DNA from: an uncultured delta proteobacterium
Lineage (GTDB): Bacteria > Desulfobacterota > Desulfomonilia > Desulfomonilales > Desulfomonilaceae
Reading direction: 5' to 3'
NCBI GenBank assembly: GCA_963789265.1
Contig: CAWBKB010000003.1
Location: 1,056,001-1,120,000 of the forward strand
DNA: 64,000 nt
Position 1 is the first letter of the stretch; the number at the start of each line of letters is the position of its first letter. Of this stretch, positions 22,209-32,925 are shown one piece after another. Position numbers and translations under genes: made by a program. The notes under the pieces are model-generated. The model was not told the origin of the DNA, did not search any database, and saw nothing but the letters and a program-made list of their open reading frames with translations.

Positions 22209-22760
22209 TTACTTTCGTCTTGAAGGATTTTGACCGGTACTCTGGTCCGTAAGCTTCTGAAGTCGCTCAACAGTTTCCTCGAGCTCTTTGTTTCTAGCTT
22301 TGAGTGCCTCCTCCGCCTTCAGCTTTTCCTCCTTGAGACGAATAGTCTCGAAAGCAAGATCCACCAATTCGACAAGCTCAGGAGGATCCACTGGTTTGCG
22401 CAGGTAATAAAAAGCTCCTTTCTCAATGGCAAGGACCGCCGAGTCCACGTCGGCGTATGCCGTCATGAGTATGCAGGTAATTCCAGGAGCCACACCGTTC
22501 AATTCAGACAGGAGCGCGGTGCCGGACCCGTCCGGTAGCTTGAGGTCCACTATGGCCAGGCTAGGTAATGCCTCTTGAGCCATTTCGGTCGCCCTGGCCC
22601 TTGTGGAAGCCAGAAGAATGTCATAGCCCTCACCCTCCAGGATATCTTTAAGGCTATCACTTAAGCTTTCGTCATCATCCACTATGAGAATTCTGCGAGC
22701 GTTTTCACTGGGCGGCCTCTTGTTCGGAAAAATCTTCCTCAAGAAACTCGTCATCGTCAT
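22209..22760 (-). CDS. Response regulator: receiver plus short coiled coil, no output domain
   Basis: ILIVDDD, DLKLPDGSG, MTAY, KP; C-terminal heptad helix. Confidence 0.88.
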   Translation of the reverse strand: MTMTSFLRKIFPNKRPPSENARRILIVDDDESLSDSLKDILEGEGYDILLASTRARATEMAQEALPSLAIVDLKLPDGSGTALLSELNGVAPGITCILMTAYADVDSAVLAIEKGAFYYLRKPVDPPELVELVDLAFETIRLKEEKLKAEEALKARNKELEETVERLQKLTDQSTGQNPSRRK

Positions 22761-22925
22761 GGTCTTTCCCTTCCTTTGAATCGCCGCTATTTGGCAGGTG
22801 TTTCACGAATCCGAGGAATCGTGATCGAGCCAAGGCGGCAGACCGAAAAACGTCAGCTCGATATCACGCGGCAGAGCTAAAGTTGTCGAATGAAAAATGG
22901 ACTCGCTTAGGTACTTGTACCTCGC

Positions 22926-23291
22926 CTATTCGACTCGGAAAGCACATTCTATCGCATCCAGTAGCAGAGCGATCCGGAAGGGCTTTTTGAGAACCGCGAA
23001 TGCTCCCGCCTCCTCGGCCCTGCGGATCAGATGTTCCATTAAATGCGCTGTGCACATTATAACTCGTATGCCCGGTCTGTACCTCTTCATTTCTATGAAA
23101 GTCGCAACACCGTCCAGCCCCGCCATTTTTATGTCCATGACCACAACCGGAAAATATTCGGATCGAATCCGGGCCAGGGCCTCCTCACCGCTAACTGCGG
23201 TAATCACTGCATAGCCTTCACTTTCCAATACGTCGCGGGCACTGTCAAGGAAAAGCTCATTGTCGTCAACTAGAAGGATGCGCCTTTTCAC
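22926..23291 (-). CDS. Single-domain response regulator receiver
   Basis: ILLVDDN, DIKMAGLDG, CTA, KKPF; GTG start after GGAGG. Confidence 0.88.
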   Translation of the reverse strand: MKRRILLVDDNELFLDSARDVLESEGYAVITAVSGEEALARIRSEYFPVVVMDIKMAGLDGVATFIEMKRYRPGIRVIMCTAHLMEHLIRRAEEAGAFAVLKKPFRIALLLDAIECAFRVE

Positions 23292-23341
23292 AGTGATATC
23301 CTCCGATCCGGATAGTCCTGGAGGTCTGCTCGTGAGATGGC

Positions 23342-26108
23342 TCACTGTTCAACCGTTAGTGAAACTGTAACGACTGTCCCGTGATTGGGCCGGCTGGAAA
23401 GCGACACCTGACCTCGATGCTCGTCCACGACTTTCTTAACCACTGCGAGTCCCAGGCCCGTACCTCGCGACTTGGTGGTAAACAAAGGCTCAAAGGCCCG
23501 CGATGCATGTTCGGAATCCATTCCGATTCCGTTGTCCGCAAGCTCAATGCTAACAATGTCGTCTTTCATGGAAGTAGAGACCGTGACAAGCGGCCGATAA
23601 GACCGTTTCTCCTCCCTGGCGCTTCGTGCCTGCACAGCCTGAAAGGCGTTTTCAACAAGGTTGATAACGACTCGGCGGAACTTTTCACCGTCGAAGGTGA
23701 TCGGAGGTAGGTCGGCAGCAAGTTCTCTCTTCAAGGTAATTCCCTTGGGCGTGGAAATTTGGTCGAGGACTGTTTCCAGCCACGGGTTAATCTCACTTTT
23801 TGCAAGGGATGACCGCGTCTCTCGTGTGTATTCCAATAATTCGTCGATAATCAGGTCGCAATGCCCGACTTGTTCTCCGATCCGATTGAGGTGCTTCGTG
23901 AGTTTTTCATCTAGCTCTTTAATATTCTTAAAGAGATAATAAGCCGAAAAGCTGATCACTCCGAGAGGATTTCGAAGCTCATGGCTGACCACCGCTGTGA
24001 GCTGACCAAGCACCGACAGTCGCTCCCGTTTTATCAATTCCCCCTGAGCAGCCTCCAAGTCTCGAGTGCGCTCTCGAACTTTTACTTCAAGTTCTGAGGC
24101 ATGCTGGGTAAGGAGAGCTTCCCGTTCTTGGTGATAGTCGATTCGCCGCTTCAGGTCGTCCGGTGTGACCTTCAAACCTGCAAGTATTTCGGCGTACACT
24201 TCTGAAAGATCTCTGGCTTCCTGCTCAGCGAACAGATCGGACTGCGCGAGTATCCGATGGGCGGTAGCCGCACCTACAGAGCCGGCAAGAAGTCTCTCCA
24301 CCTCGCTGTGAAGTTGCGCCAGTTCGACTATCGAAATCCTGTCTGTAGCCTCGAGGAAGGCTTGACGCAGACATTTCCGGGTCATGGCGTGGGCTTCTTC
24401 TTCCGAGAAGAATTGACCGAAAAGCTCAAATATTATCCCGGTCTTCGCGGCCAGGTCTATGTGGGATTCCCGGCGTGGTGATCTGCTTAACGCCTGTCCT
24501 GCGGTCAGTGACCCGACAAAATTTTCCGCAAGATTTTGTTCCGACGGGCTTTGCCTGAAAAGAAGAGATCCCAGAACGTACAGGCCGGTGTTGAAAACAA
24601 TTGACCAGAAAACAGTATGCGACAGAGAATCTAATGCGTGGACGCCAAATAGTTGTTCAGGGCGGAGAAAAGAAATGCCCCAGAGCCCCTCCTCAAGAAA
24701 TTTGTTGGCTATCCACCCGCTCCGGACGAACGCGGGCAACAACAAGGTGTAAAACCAGATTGCAAATCCGGCGGCTAAGCCCATAAGGGCCCCGGCCTTG
24801 TTGCCACGGCGCCAGAAAATTCCTCCGAGTATTACCGGAGCGAATTGAAAAGCAGCAGCAAACGATATCATCCCGATATTCACGAGCATATACGACTCGC
24901 CCACCCCCCGCTCGAACCAATATCCTATTAGAATTACAAGGGCAACAGCAGCCCAGCGACAGTGAAGGAGTCGTCTTCTAAGAAATGCAAGCCTTGGAAC
25001 TCGACCCACCACCGGCGACAAGAAATGATTTGTAATCATGGTGGAGATCGTGATGGAACTTATCATTATCATGCCTGTGGCGGCAGAAGCACCTCCAATG
25101 AAAACGAGCAAGGACAGCCATTTATGTCCCGCATGAAGCGGCAACCCCAGGACGAACGTGTCCGCTTCCCACGGGCTGTATCCCTTAAGGATCCCGCCCA
25201 TCGCAATGGGAAACACAAAGATGTTGATTAGTAACATGTAAAGAGGAAAGAGCCAAAGGGAGGTGCGGATGTGCTTCTCGTCAAAATTCTCCACTACACT
25301 TATATGAAACTGGCGCGGCAGAGAACATTATTGCAGACATGGACAGAATGAGATAAGTCATCCACGTTACCGACCAGGCCTGATCGCCATTCCACATAGG
25401 CACAATTTGTGCGGGGAGTTCGGTTGAAAGCCGCTTTAATATGTCCCCAAATCCGCCAAACATGAAGTAAGTGACAAAGACCCCAGCCGCAAGGAAAGCC
25501 ACCAGCTTAACGAGGCATTCCACCGCTACGGCCATTATCAGCCCGGGATGTCGCTCAGTGGGATCCAGTCGCCTTACACCCAACACTATGGTGAAAACTA
25601 TCATTAGGCCGACTACCACGGGCCCAAGATGGAGAGTGATCCAAGAAGGAGGCGCCCCTTTCTCTGACGTGATTATTTCAAAAGTGGTGAAGATGGCTTT
25701 AAACTGTAGAGCAATGTAAGGCATGGTCCCGATCAGTGCCATCAGTGTAGCAAGTGCGCCGACTGCAAGGGACTTGTCGTATCTGGCTGAAATGAAATCC
25801 GCGATGCTCGTTATATGGTGGATGGTCTTTATCCTTACCAGCTTTCTAAGCACTATCCACCACAGGGTTATGACTATAGTGGGGCCGAGATATATGGGAA
25901 GAAATAGCAGTCCCGATGTTGCCGCTTTTCCGACGCTCCCGTAATATGTCCAGGCTGTGCAATAAACCCCGAGAGAAAGGGAGTAAACGATGGAGTTGTC
26001 CACCGGGCTCTTGGCTTCCGCGGACCTCCGTTCCACCCACAGGGCGGTGAGAAAAAGGATCCCCATATAGAGGCAGAAAACCATCAGGACTGAGAAGGAG
26101 TCGAGCAC
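23342..26108 (-). CDS. Sodium:solute symporter-STAC-histidine kinase (CrbS/CbrA-like), single-base frameshift near 25322
   Basis: YSLSLGVYCTAWTYYGSVG, SIADFISARY, restored MFLPRQFH, ERLLAGSVGAATA (STAC-like), SHELRNPL H-box, N/G boxes. Confidence 0.88.
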
Positions 26109-26117
26109 GGAGAACTC

Positions 26118-26351
26118 CTATTGGTCGCTGTCGTCGGTCGGCTGGGAAGAATGAGGGGGCAGTAGAACTCGGCTTATGAGAAATTGAAGGAAAATGACAA
26201 CAGTCCAGCAAACAAAAAGATAGACAAACATCGCATCTATGCGATCGAAGTCCGAAGAAGAAACCAGAGGCCAGCTAAAAAGAACCAAACTGAGGCAAAA
26301 GATCAATACGTGAAACTCAGGCCTACCTAGCAAATTCCTGATTCTTTTCAT
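26118..26351 (-). CDS. Small two-TM membrane protein preceding the SLC5 kinase
   Basis: Two hydrophobic helices, GGGAGG RBS, 9 bp upstream of the kinase start. Confidence 0.7.
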   Translation of the reverse strand: MKRIRNLLGRPEFHVLIFCLSLVLFSWPLVSSSDFDRIDAMFVYLFVCWTVVIFLQFLISRVLLPPHSSQPTDDSDQ

Positions 26352-26559
26352 GGCGGCCCTCCCTACCCGGGGGGAGCGTTGTGTCGATGGCAATCGTTCG
26401 TTGGCAAGCAGTGCGGACTTGTATTAGACCAAAATCTTCGGACTTCCTCTCCCGTCGGAAAAGTAGTCGAAGAATCTCTGCAGACCTGATCAGGCGTCTA
26501 AAGAAGCGCGAAGTCGGTTCAATTCTAAAGGGTTTGCCATAGCAGACCTTCTCGGAATC

Positions 26560-28455
26560 TCAGATTTTGCCGTAACCGATCTCCTTTACGGCAGATCTTA
26601 TTTCATCAAGGATCGCCGGGTCGTCGATTGTCGACGGGACATTATAAGCTTCGCCATCAGCTATCTTTCTCATGGTTGACCTAAGTACTTTACCGGAACG
26701 TGTCTTGGGGAGTCGGTTTACCACCACTGCTTTCTTGAATGAGGCCACCGGACCGATGTCGTTACGGACCATTTGAACAACATCAGCAACTATCTCGTCT
26801 TTGGAACGAGTGACACCTGCCTTGAGTACCACGAAGCCCAGAGGCACCTGGCCTTTAAGATCGTCGGCTGCTCCTACGACCGCGCACTCGGCCACGTCCG
26901 GATGTTTCGCCAGTACTTCTTCCATTCCCCCGGTGGATAGCCGATGGCCTGCCACATTTATCACGTCGTCTACACGGCCCATTACAAAGACATATCCCTC
27001 TTCATCAATGTACCCGCCATCTCCCGTCAGATAGTATCCAGGGAAAGGATTCATGTATGACTCGATGAAGCGCTGGTCATCATTCCAGAGTGTGGGCAGA
27101 TTTCCCGGTGGTAGAGGCAGCTTAACAGCGATCACGCCGTTCTGATTGGGACCCAATTCCGCCGCAGTCCCGGAATCAAGGATTTGGACATCATATCCCG
27201 GCATAGGCTTTGTGGCGGAACCGGGCTTTGTGGGAAATTCCTCAAGACCGCGGAAGTTCCCACAAATTGCCCAACCAGTCTCAGTCTGCCACCAGTGATC
27301 TATGACCGGCTTTCCTAGCAGCTTTGTAGCCCAATAATAAGTGTCAGGATCGAGTCTCTCACCAGCCAGGAACAGTGTATCAAATTTTGATATGTCGTAT
27401 TTTTTTAGGTACTCGCCTGTCGGATCTTCCCTTTTAATGGCCCTAATTGCCGTGGGCGCGGTGAAAAGTGCTTTGACGCCGTGCTGAGAAATGACACGCC
27501 AAAAGGCCCCCGGGTCCGGTGTCCCCACCGGTTTACCTTCGTAGATTATTGTGGTAGCCCCCATAAACAGAGGAGCATAAACTATGTATGAGTGTCCCAC
27601 TACCCAGCCCACATCCGATGCGGCCCAGTAAACTTCTCCGGGGCCGATGTCATATATATGTTTCATGCTCCACCTGAGAGCAACCGCATGTCCCCCGTTG
27701 TCTCTGACGACCCCTTTCGGCTTGCCGGTCGTACCTGACGTATACAAAATGTACAGCGGATCCGTGGCAGCCACAGACACGCAATCCGCAGGCTGGGCCT
27801 TGGATTCCAGCTCAAGCCAGTCGAGATCGCGGCTCGGTTTTAGTTCTGCCGTTGCTTGAGGTCGCTGAAACATAACGCACTTTTCAGGCTTGTGGACGGC
27901 AATTTCGATAGCTTCGTCGAGGAGTGGCTTATAAGGGATCACTCGTTGCACTTCGATGCCACAGGAGGCAGACAAGATGACCTTCGGTTTTGCATCGTCA
28001 ACTCGAATAGCCAGTTCACGTGGAGCAAAGCCCCCGAAAACCACCGAATGAATGGCGCCGAGACGGGCACAAGCGAGCATGGACATTAGAGCTTCGGGAA
28101 TCATCGGCATGTAGATCAGTACGGTGTCGCCCTTCCCCACACCCAGCTCCCTCAAGAAGCCTGCGATTCGTGAAACGCGTTTCTGGAGTTCCGAATAGGT
28201 GATTTTCTCAACAGTGTCCGTGACTGGGCTGTCATAGATAACGGCCGTCTGATTTCCCCTACCTTGCCGGATATGATAGTCGAGAGCGTTGAAGCAGGTG
28301 TTCAGCATGCCACCACGAAACCATCGGTAGAAAGGTCGGGTCGATCGGTCAAGGACTTGGTCCCAGTGACGGTCCCAAGCGATTTCTTCGGCCGCCCTCC
28401 CCCAGAAAGTTTCGGGGCTTGCTAAAGATTCTCTGTAAGCTTCCTCATACTTCAT
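26560..28455 (-). CDS. prpE: Propionyl-CoA synthetase
   Basis: YTSGTTGKPKGVVRDNGGHAVAL, WAASDVGWVVGHSY, FLAGERLDP, DHWWQTETG, PKTRSGK. Confidence 0.9.
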   Translation of the reverse strand: MKYEEAYRESLASPETFWGRAAEEIAWDRHWDQVLDRSTRPFYRWFRGGMLNTCFNALDYHIRQGRGNQTAVIYDSPVTDTVEKITYSELQKRVSRIAGFLRELGVGKGDTVLIYMPMIPEALMSMLACARLGAIHSVVFGGFAPRELAIRVDDAKPKVILSASCGIEVQRVIPYKPLLDEAIEIAVHKPEKCVMFQRPQATAELKPSRDLDWLELESKAQPADCVSVAATDPLYILYTSGTTGKPKGVVRDNGGHAVALRWSMKHIYDIGPGEVYWAASDVGWVVGHSYIVYAPLFMGATTIIYEGKPVGTPDPGAFWRVISQHGVKALFTAPTAIRAIKREDPTGEYLKKYDISKFDTLFLAGERLDPDTYYWATKLLGKPVIDHWWQTETGWAICGNFRGLEEFPTKPGSATKPMPGYDVQILDSGTAAELGPNQNGVIAVKLPLPPGNLPTLWNDDQRFIESYMNPFPGYYLTGDGGYIDEEGYVFVMGRVDDVINVAGHRLSTGGMEEVLAKHPDVAECAVVGAADDLKGQVPLGFVVLKAGVTRSKDEIVADVVQMVRNDIGPVASFKKAVVVNRLPKTRSGKVLRSTMRKIADGEAYNVPSTIDDPAILDEIRSAVKEIGYGKI

Positions 28456-29836
28456 ATTGACCTCCAGAGACGGCGTTTACGACTACAATGACTTTATTCG
28501 GGAAAGTTCACCGCGTGCTTGTAAATGCGATTGACGTCACGTTGTGACCTGATCGGAGCGAGAAATAATCATGACACTTTTCGATAATGATCGCAACTTT
28601 TCTTTGGCTACATGGGAAAGATCAGTTCTAGGGGTCCAAGGCTTTCGATCGCTATGTGGTCGGCCCATCTTCTTACGAAGAATTGGCCGAGCTAAGATTT
28701 GCGGATTAAGATCTTGATTTCATGACAATGAACTATTCTATCAATTGAGCATAGCGCCATTCCCACAGATGTCGCATCGATGCTAGCTTCTCATACTGAT
28801 CGCCCGATGCCACCGTTCGGTACAGACTATCAGGCGCCTATCATAAAAACTTCGTAAAAAAATAGAAGTTGACACGGTCCACACAAAGACCTTAATGTAA
28901 GCGGCCAGAAGTATCATCGCATTACCACTTGGAACAGGTTAGACCTCAGCGACGTGAAGGGGTTTTATCGGGGCAGATAGAAGGAGCCGTGCTCCCGTAA
29001 CCTTGTCCCCGTCATGCATGTACAAAATTTCGATCTGAGACTTCACCGACAATTGCATTGAAAGCCTGAGCAAAAGGCTGCGGCAATGGGGAATCACCGA
29101 GTGTCTCGGAAATCACGGAAAAGCAGCTATCGATGCCTGGTTCGAATGTACCCGAAGCAGGCCCTTAAGGGCCCTGGAGCGGGGCCCGGCCGGGCCGGCC
29201 CTGCATTTGCCGGCTTCTTCGTGGAACCTTTTCCTCTGGACTTTTGGAAGCTTGAAAAGTCCTTTGCCACGACCTCTCCGTCATCCTTTTTGGTCAAACC
29301 GACATACGTAAAAAGCTTTCTCAAGAAACGTCCGGAACCTGATTCCTAGACCATTCTCACCCAAATATCGATACACTTATTTCACTTTCATCGCTCTCCT
29401 AATAGTTCCCACCCCGACTTTGTCAGATTCCATAGCCATTGATGCAAGACGCTGTTCCCTAATTAGACGCACTTGGAGCTTGGATAACGGCTTTTTCATT
29501 GTAACGGTCGTTCCGAGCAGAAGGCCTCGACATTCCAAATCGGAGTCACCGGAAATCCTGGGGAGAATAGTTTTTTTTATCACGGCGGTGGGGCGTTCGC
29601 CTCCTGGTGCTGCTGTAACGGCTGTGAAGGGCCTCTATTGAGGCTGTAAACGGCAACATGTGTTCCTGAGAAAAACTCCAATTTTCCAAAAAATGAGACG
29701 TGGCGCGGGCTGAGTTCGGTTTGGGGTGTCGTGTACCGACCCGGACCAAGCGATCCGGTCGTAATCCGGGCATACGCGTGTTCCCGAAATCAAAGGAACT
29801 CGCCGTCCGTGGCCCAACAAGGAAGGAGTAAGAACA

Positions 29837-30151
29837 GTGGCGGAAAAGAAAGAAGACTGGGCTGCAGTAGCCAGAAATCCCAAGTTCTTAGAACTCAGCA
29901 GGAGAAAAGCCTATTTTCTCTTCGGTTGGTGGATATTCTCTACCATCTACTATTTCCTCCTCCCCATCGGCGCGGGGGCGGCTCCGGGCGTTTTCAGCGT
30001 CAAGGTGATAGGGAATATTAATATCGGGTACTTGTTTGCGCTCTCTCAGTTTTTCGTCTCGTGGGCCTTAGCTCTATATTACTATAGTTGGGCGACCAGG
30101 GTATCCGACAAGCTAACCAGCGAGCTGATTGACGAACTGAAATTGCAGTGA
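29837..30151 (+). CDS. DUF485 (YjcH-like) membrane protein, ActP accessory
   Basis: NPKFLELSRRK, two TM helices, directly upstream of actP; AAGGAG RBS. Confidence 0.85.
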   Translation: MAEKKEDWAAVARNPKFLELSRRKAYFLFGWWIFSTIYYFLLPIGAGAAPGVFSVKVIGNINIGYLFALSQFFVSWALALYYYSWATRVSDKLTSELIDELKLQ

Positions 30152-30165
30152 GGAGGAATGCACGA

Positions 30166-32098
30166 ATGAAAAGCCTGTTCATAACCTTGACCCTGGCACT
30201 ATCGCTGGGGTTGATCGTGGCTCACCTTTCAGCGCCAGGACCGGCGTTTGCGGGCCCTGAAAGTGTGATTTCAAACGCTGTCGTGGCTCAGGCTCCGGTC
30301 GCAAAGCCTGCACCTCCGCATAGAGTTAAAGCGGACAAGGGAATCACTATAACGATGTTCATTATTATCATTTTGATAACCATGTACATCGTGTATTGGG
30401 CCGCCAAACGGACTAAAACCACAGCCGACTTCTACGCAGCCCACGGGGCTGTGACGGGGTGGCAAAACGGATGGGCGATCGCGGGGGATTACATGTCCGC
30501 CGCCTCGTTCCTTGGAATAGCGGGCCTCATTTGTCTGTACGGGTACGATGGCTTTATGTATTCGGTAGGATGGCTGGTGGCCTATGTTACGGTGCTCCTG
30601 ATCGTTGCGGAACCCTGTCGTAATGCCGGAAAGTACACGATGGGGGACATTCTTGCTTTTCGGTCCTCGCCAGTGCCTGTCCGGGCGGCTGCCGCCTTCT
30701 CGACTGTGCTGGTCTCGATCTTTTACCTCACCGCTCAGATGGTCGGTGCAGGCATGCTCATAAAGCTGCTTATCGGCGTCCCCTTTAAGATCGCTATCAT
30801 CGGCATCGGCGGTCTCATGATCGTTTACGTGGCCTTGGGGGGCATGATAGCCACTACCTGGGTGCAGATAATCAAGGCGGCTCTACTTATGGGAGGAGCG
30901 ATATTCCTGAGCTTCCTCGTAGCGCTACACGCGGGTTTCAATCCAGTGCGATTTTTCAACGAAGTTGCCACCAATCCGCAGATCCAAGATTGGACCAGAG
31001 TACATCTTTCTCAAAGAAGTGGTGGCGAGACCCGGCTTTGACTATGGGCAACGTTTCCTCGAACCCGGGTTGTTGCTGAAAAATGTTTGGGACCAGATCT
31101 CTTTGGGCATGGCACTTGTTCTGGGGACTGCGGGTATGCCTCACATACTCATGCGCTTCTTCACGGTGCCCACGGCACAGGCCGCACGTAAGTCCGTTAT
31201 CGTAGCCATGTTTCTCATTGGCTTCTTCTACATCTTAACAACCCTCTTGGGCTTCGGTTCCGCTATCTGGGTGAGCCCGCAGGTTTCATTTGCCGTGGAC
31301 AAGGGCGGCAATATGTCCAACCTGCTTCTGGCCCAGATGATGGGTGGTATGATCACCCCCGTTATTGGGGACATCTTTCTAGCGTTCCTGTGCGCGGTGG
31401 CCTTTGCAACCATACTTGCGGTTGTCTCTGGCCTTGTGCTCGCGTCTGCTGCGGCGGTTTCGCACGACATCTACGTCAATGCCATCAAGGGCGGCAAGGC
31501 AGATCCGCATGAGCAAGTCATGGCGGCCAGGATTGCCTCCGTCATTGTTGGCGCCATAGCAGTTGTTATCGGGGTCTTAGCCGAAGGCCAGAATGTTGCC
31601 CATCTGGTAGCTCTGGCCTTTGCCGTGGCATCTGCGGGTAATCTCCCGACGGTGGTGCTCTCCTTGTTCTGGAGGAAGATGAACACCGCAGGGATCGTCG
31701 GGGGCCTGGTGATAGGTACGGTGGTTTCAATACTTCTGGTTATGGTCTCTCCCAACATGCAATATCCAAAAATAATTGCCGCGGGAAGCCAGAAAGTGGT
31801 CACCACGTTGGAGAAAAAGCAGGCCGGTGGTGCGACTCTTACGGATACTCAGAAGGCAGCCCTGGCCGCTGCTAAAGCCTCCTACGAGAAAAACAAGAAC
31901 GGCACTTCCTTCATTTTCGGGCTGGACAAGCCTCTTTTCAGTCTAAAGAATCCGGGCATCATCTCCATTCCGCTTGGATTCCTGGCTGCAATTGTATTTT
32001 CCTTGCTCTTCAGAAGGAAGGAAGAAGAGGACGCGTTCGACGAACTTTATGTTCGCCAGAACACCGGCTTGGGGATTGCGAAAGCACTCGAGCATTAA
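30166..32098 (+). CDS. actP: Cation/acetate symporter ActP, single-base frameshift near 31006
   Basis: QNGWAIAGDYMSAASFLG, GTAGMPHILMRFFTVP, AVAFATILAVVSGL; two ORFs join on removing one T. Confidence 0.9.
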
Positions 32099-32122
32099 TC
32101 TAGGGATGTATTTCTCATTCTT

Positions 32123-32149
32123 GGGGAAGGCCCAGGCCTTCCCCTTTTT
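32123..32149 (+). terminator. Rho-independent terminator after actP
   Basis: GGGGAAGGC-CCAG-GCCTTCCCC followed by TTTTT. Confidence 0.85.
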
Positions 32150-32169
32150 CGTTCTAAAATGATTGGGGA

Positions 32170-32493
32170 GAAAAAGTGTGACCGTTGACTTACCGGCGCG
32201 AAATTGTCGTTGCTAGGAGCTAAGCGACGAAGCAATCTCGGTTCCGGACGCTCTCCAGAAATAAGATTGCTTTCCCGCGGGACGCGGGACTCGCAATGAC
32301 ACCGGTTGGAACAGGTCGATGACCCCAGATAACTGAAAGGATACAAAAAAGTGTAACCATTCAGCTTGTGGAGCAGTCACGCGAGGCGCGAGACAGCCTG
32401 CCGGGGAAATCCCTGCTCAATGGCGGGCTGGAAAGCCCACCCCCGTGAAGCCACCCGCAAATTCCGGCTGTAACTGAATGCATACGAAAAAGT
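32170..32493. mobile_element. Two tandem MITE-like elements with 8-bp flanking direct repeats
   Basis: GAAAAAGT|32178..32344|AAAAAAGT|32353..32485|GAAAAAGT; imperfect TIRs GTAACCATTCAG/CTGAATGCATAC; first element holds a REP pair (32205..32301). Confidence 0.6.
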
Positions 32494-32585
32494 GCGGAGC
32501 ACTGTTTACTTCGTGAACCACGTGTGATATTAATATCAGATTGAGCTGATTAAGCGTTTGCATGCCTATCAGGAGGATGATGAGA

Positions 32586-32856
32586 TTGGCATTTCATACG
32601 GAGAAGAAAAAATCAATCATTGAGAAGTACCGGCTCCACGAGAGTGACACGGGGTCTCCTGAGGTCCAAATAGCGCTCCTCAGCGAACGAATCGGATATC
32701 TTACCGAGCATTTCAAGATTCATAAGAAAGACCACCATTCTCGTCGAGGCCTTCTCAAGCTCGTCGGACAGCGCCGACGGTTGTTGGATTATTTGAGAGC
32801 CAAGAAACGTTGACCGGTACAAAACCATCATAGCCGAACTGGGTATTAGAAAGTAG
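32586..32856 (+). CDS. rpsO: 30S ribosomal protein S15, apparent extra base near 32806
   Basis: [37 protein letters not shown]; removing one A restores [16 protein letters not shown]; upstream of pnp. Confidence 0.95.
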
Positions 32857-32925
32857 CTCTAATCTCTGAAGGCGCGACATCGCGGCGGGATAATCCCCGA
32901 ACGCGTGATGAGGATCATCGTAATT

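Noticed and set aside
29086..29883. Several short ORFs in the prpE-actP gap
   Set aside because: Mutually overlapping, no motifs or clear RBS; not supportable as genes
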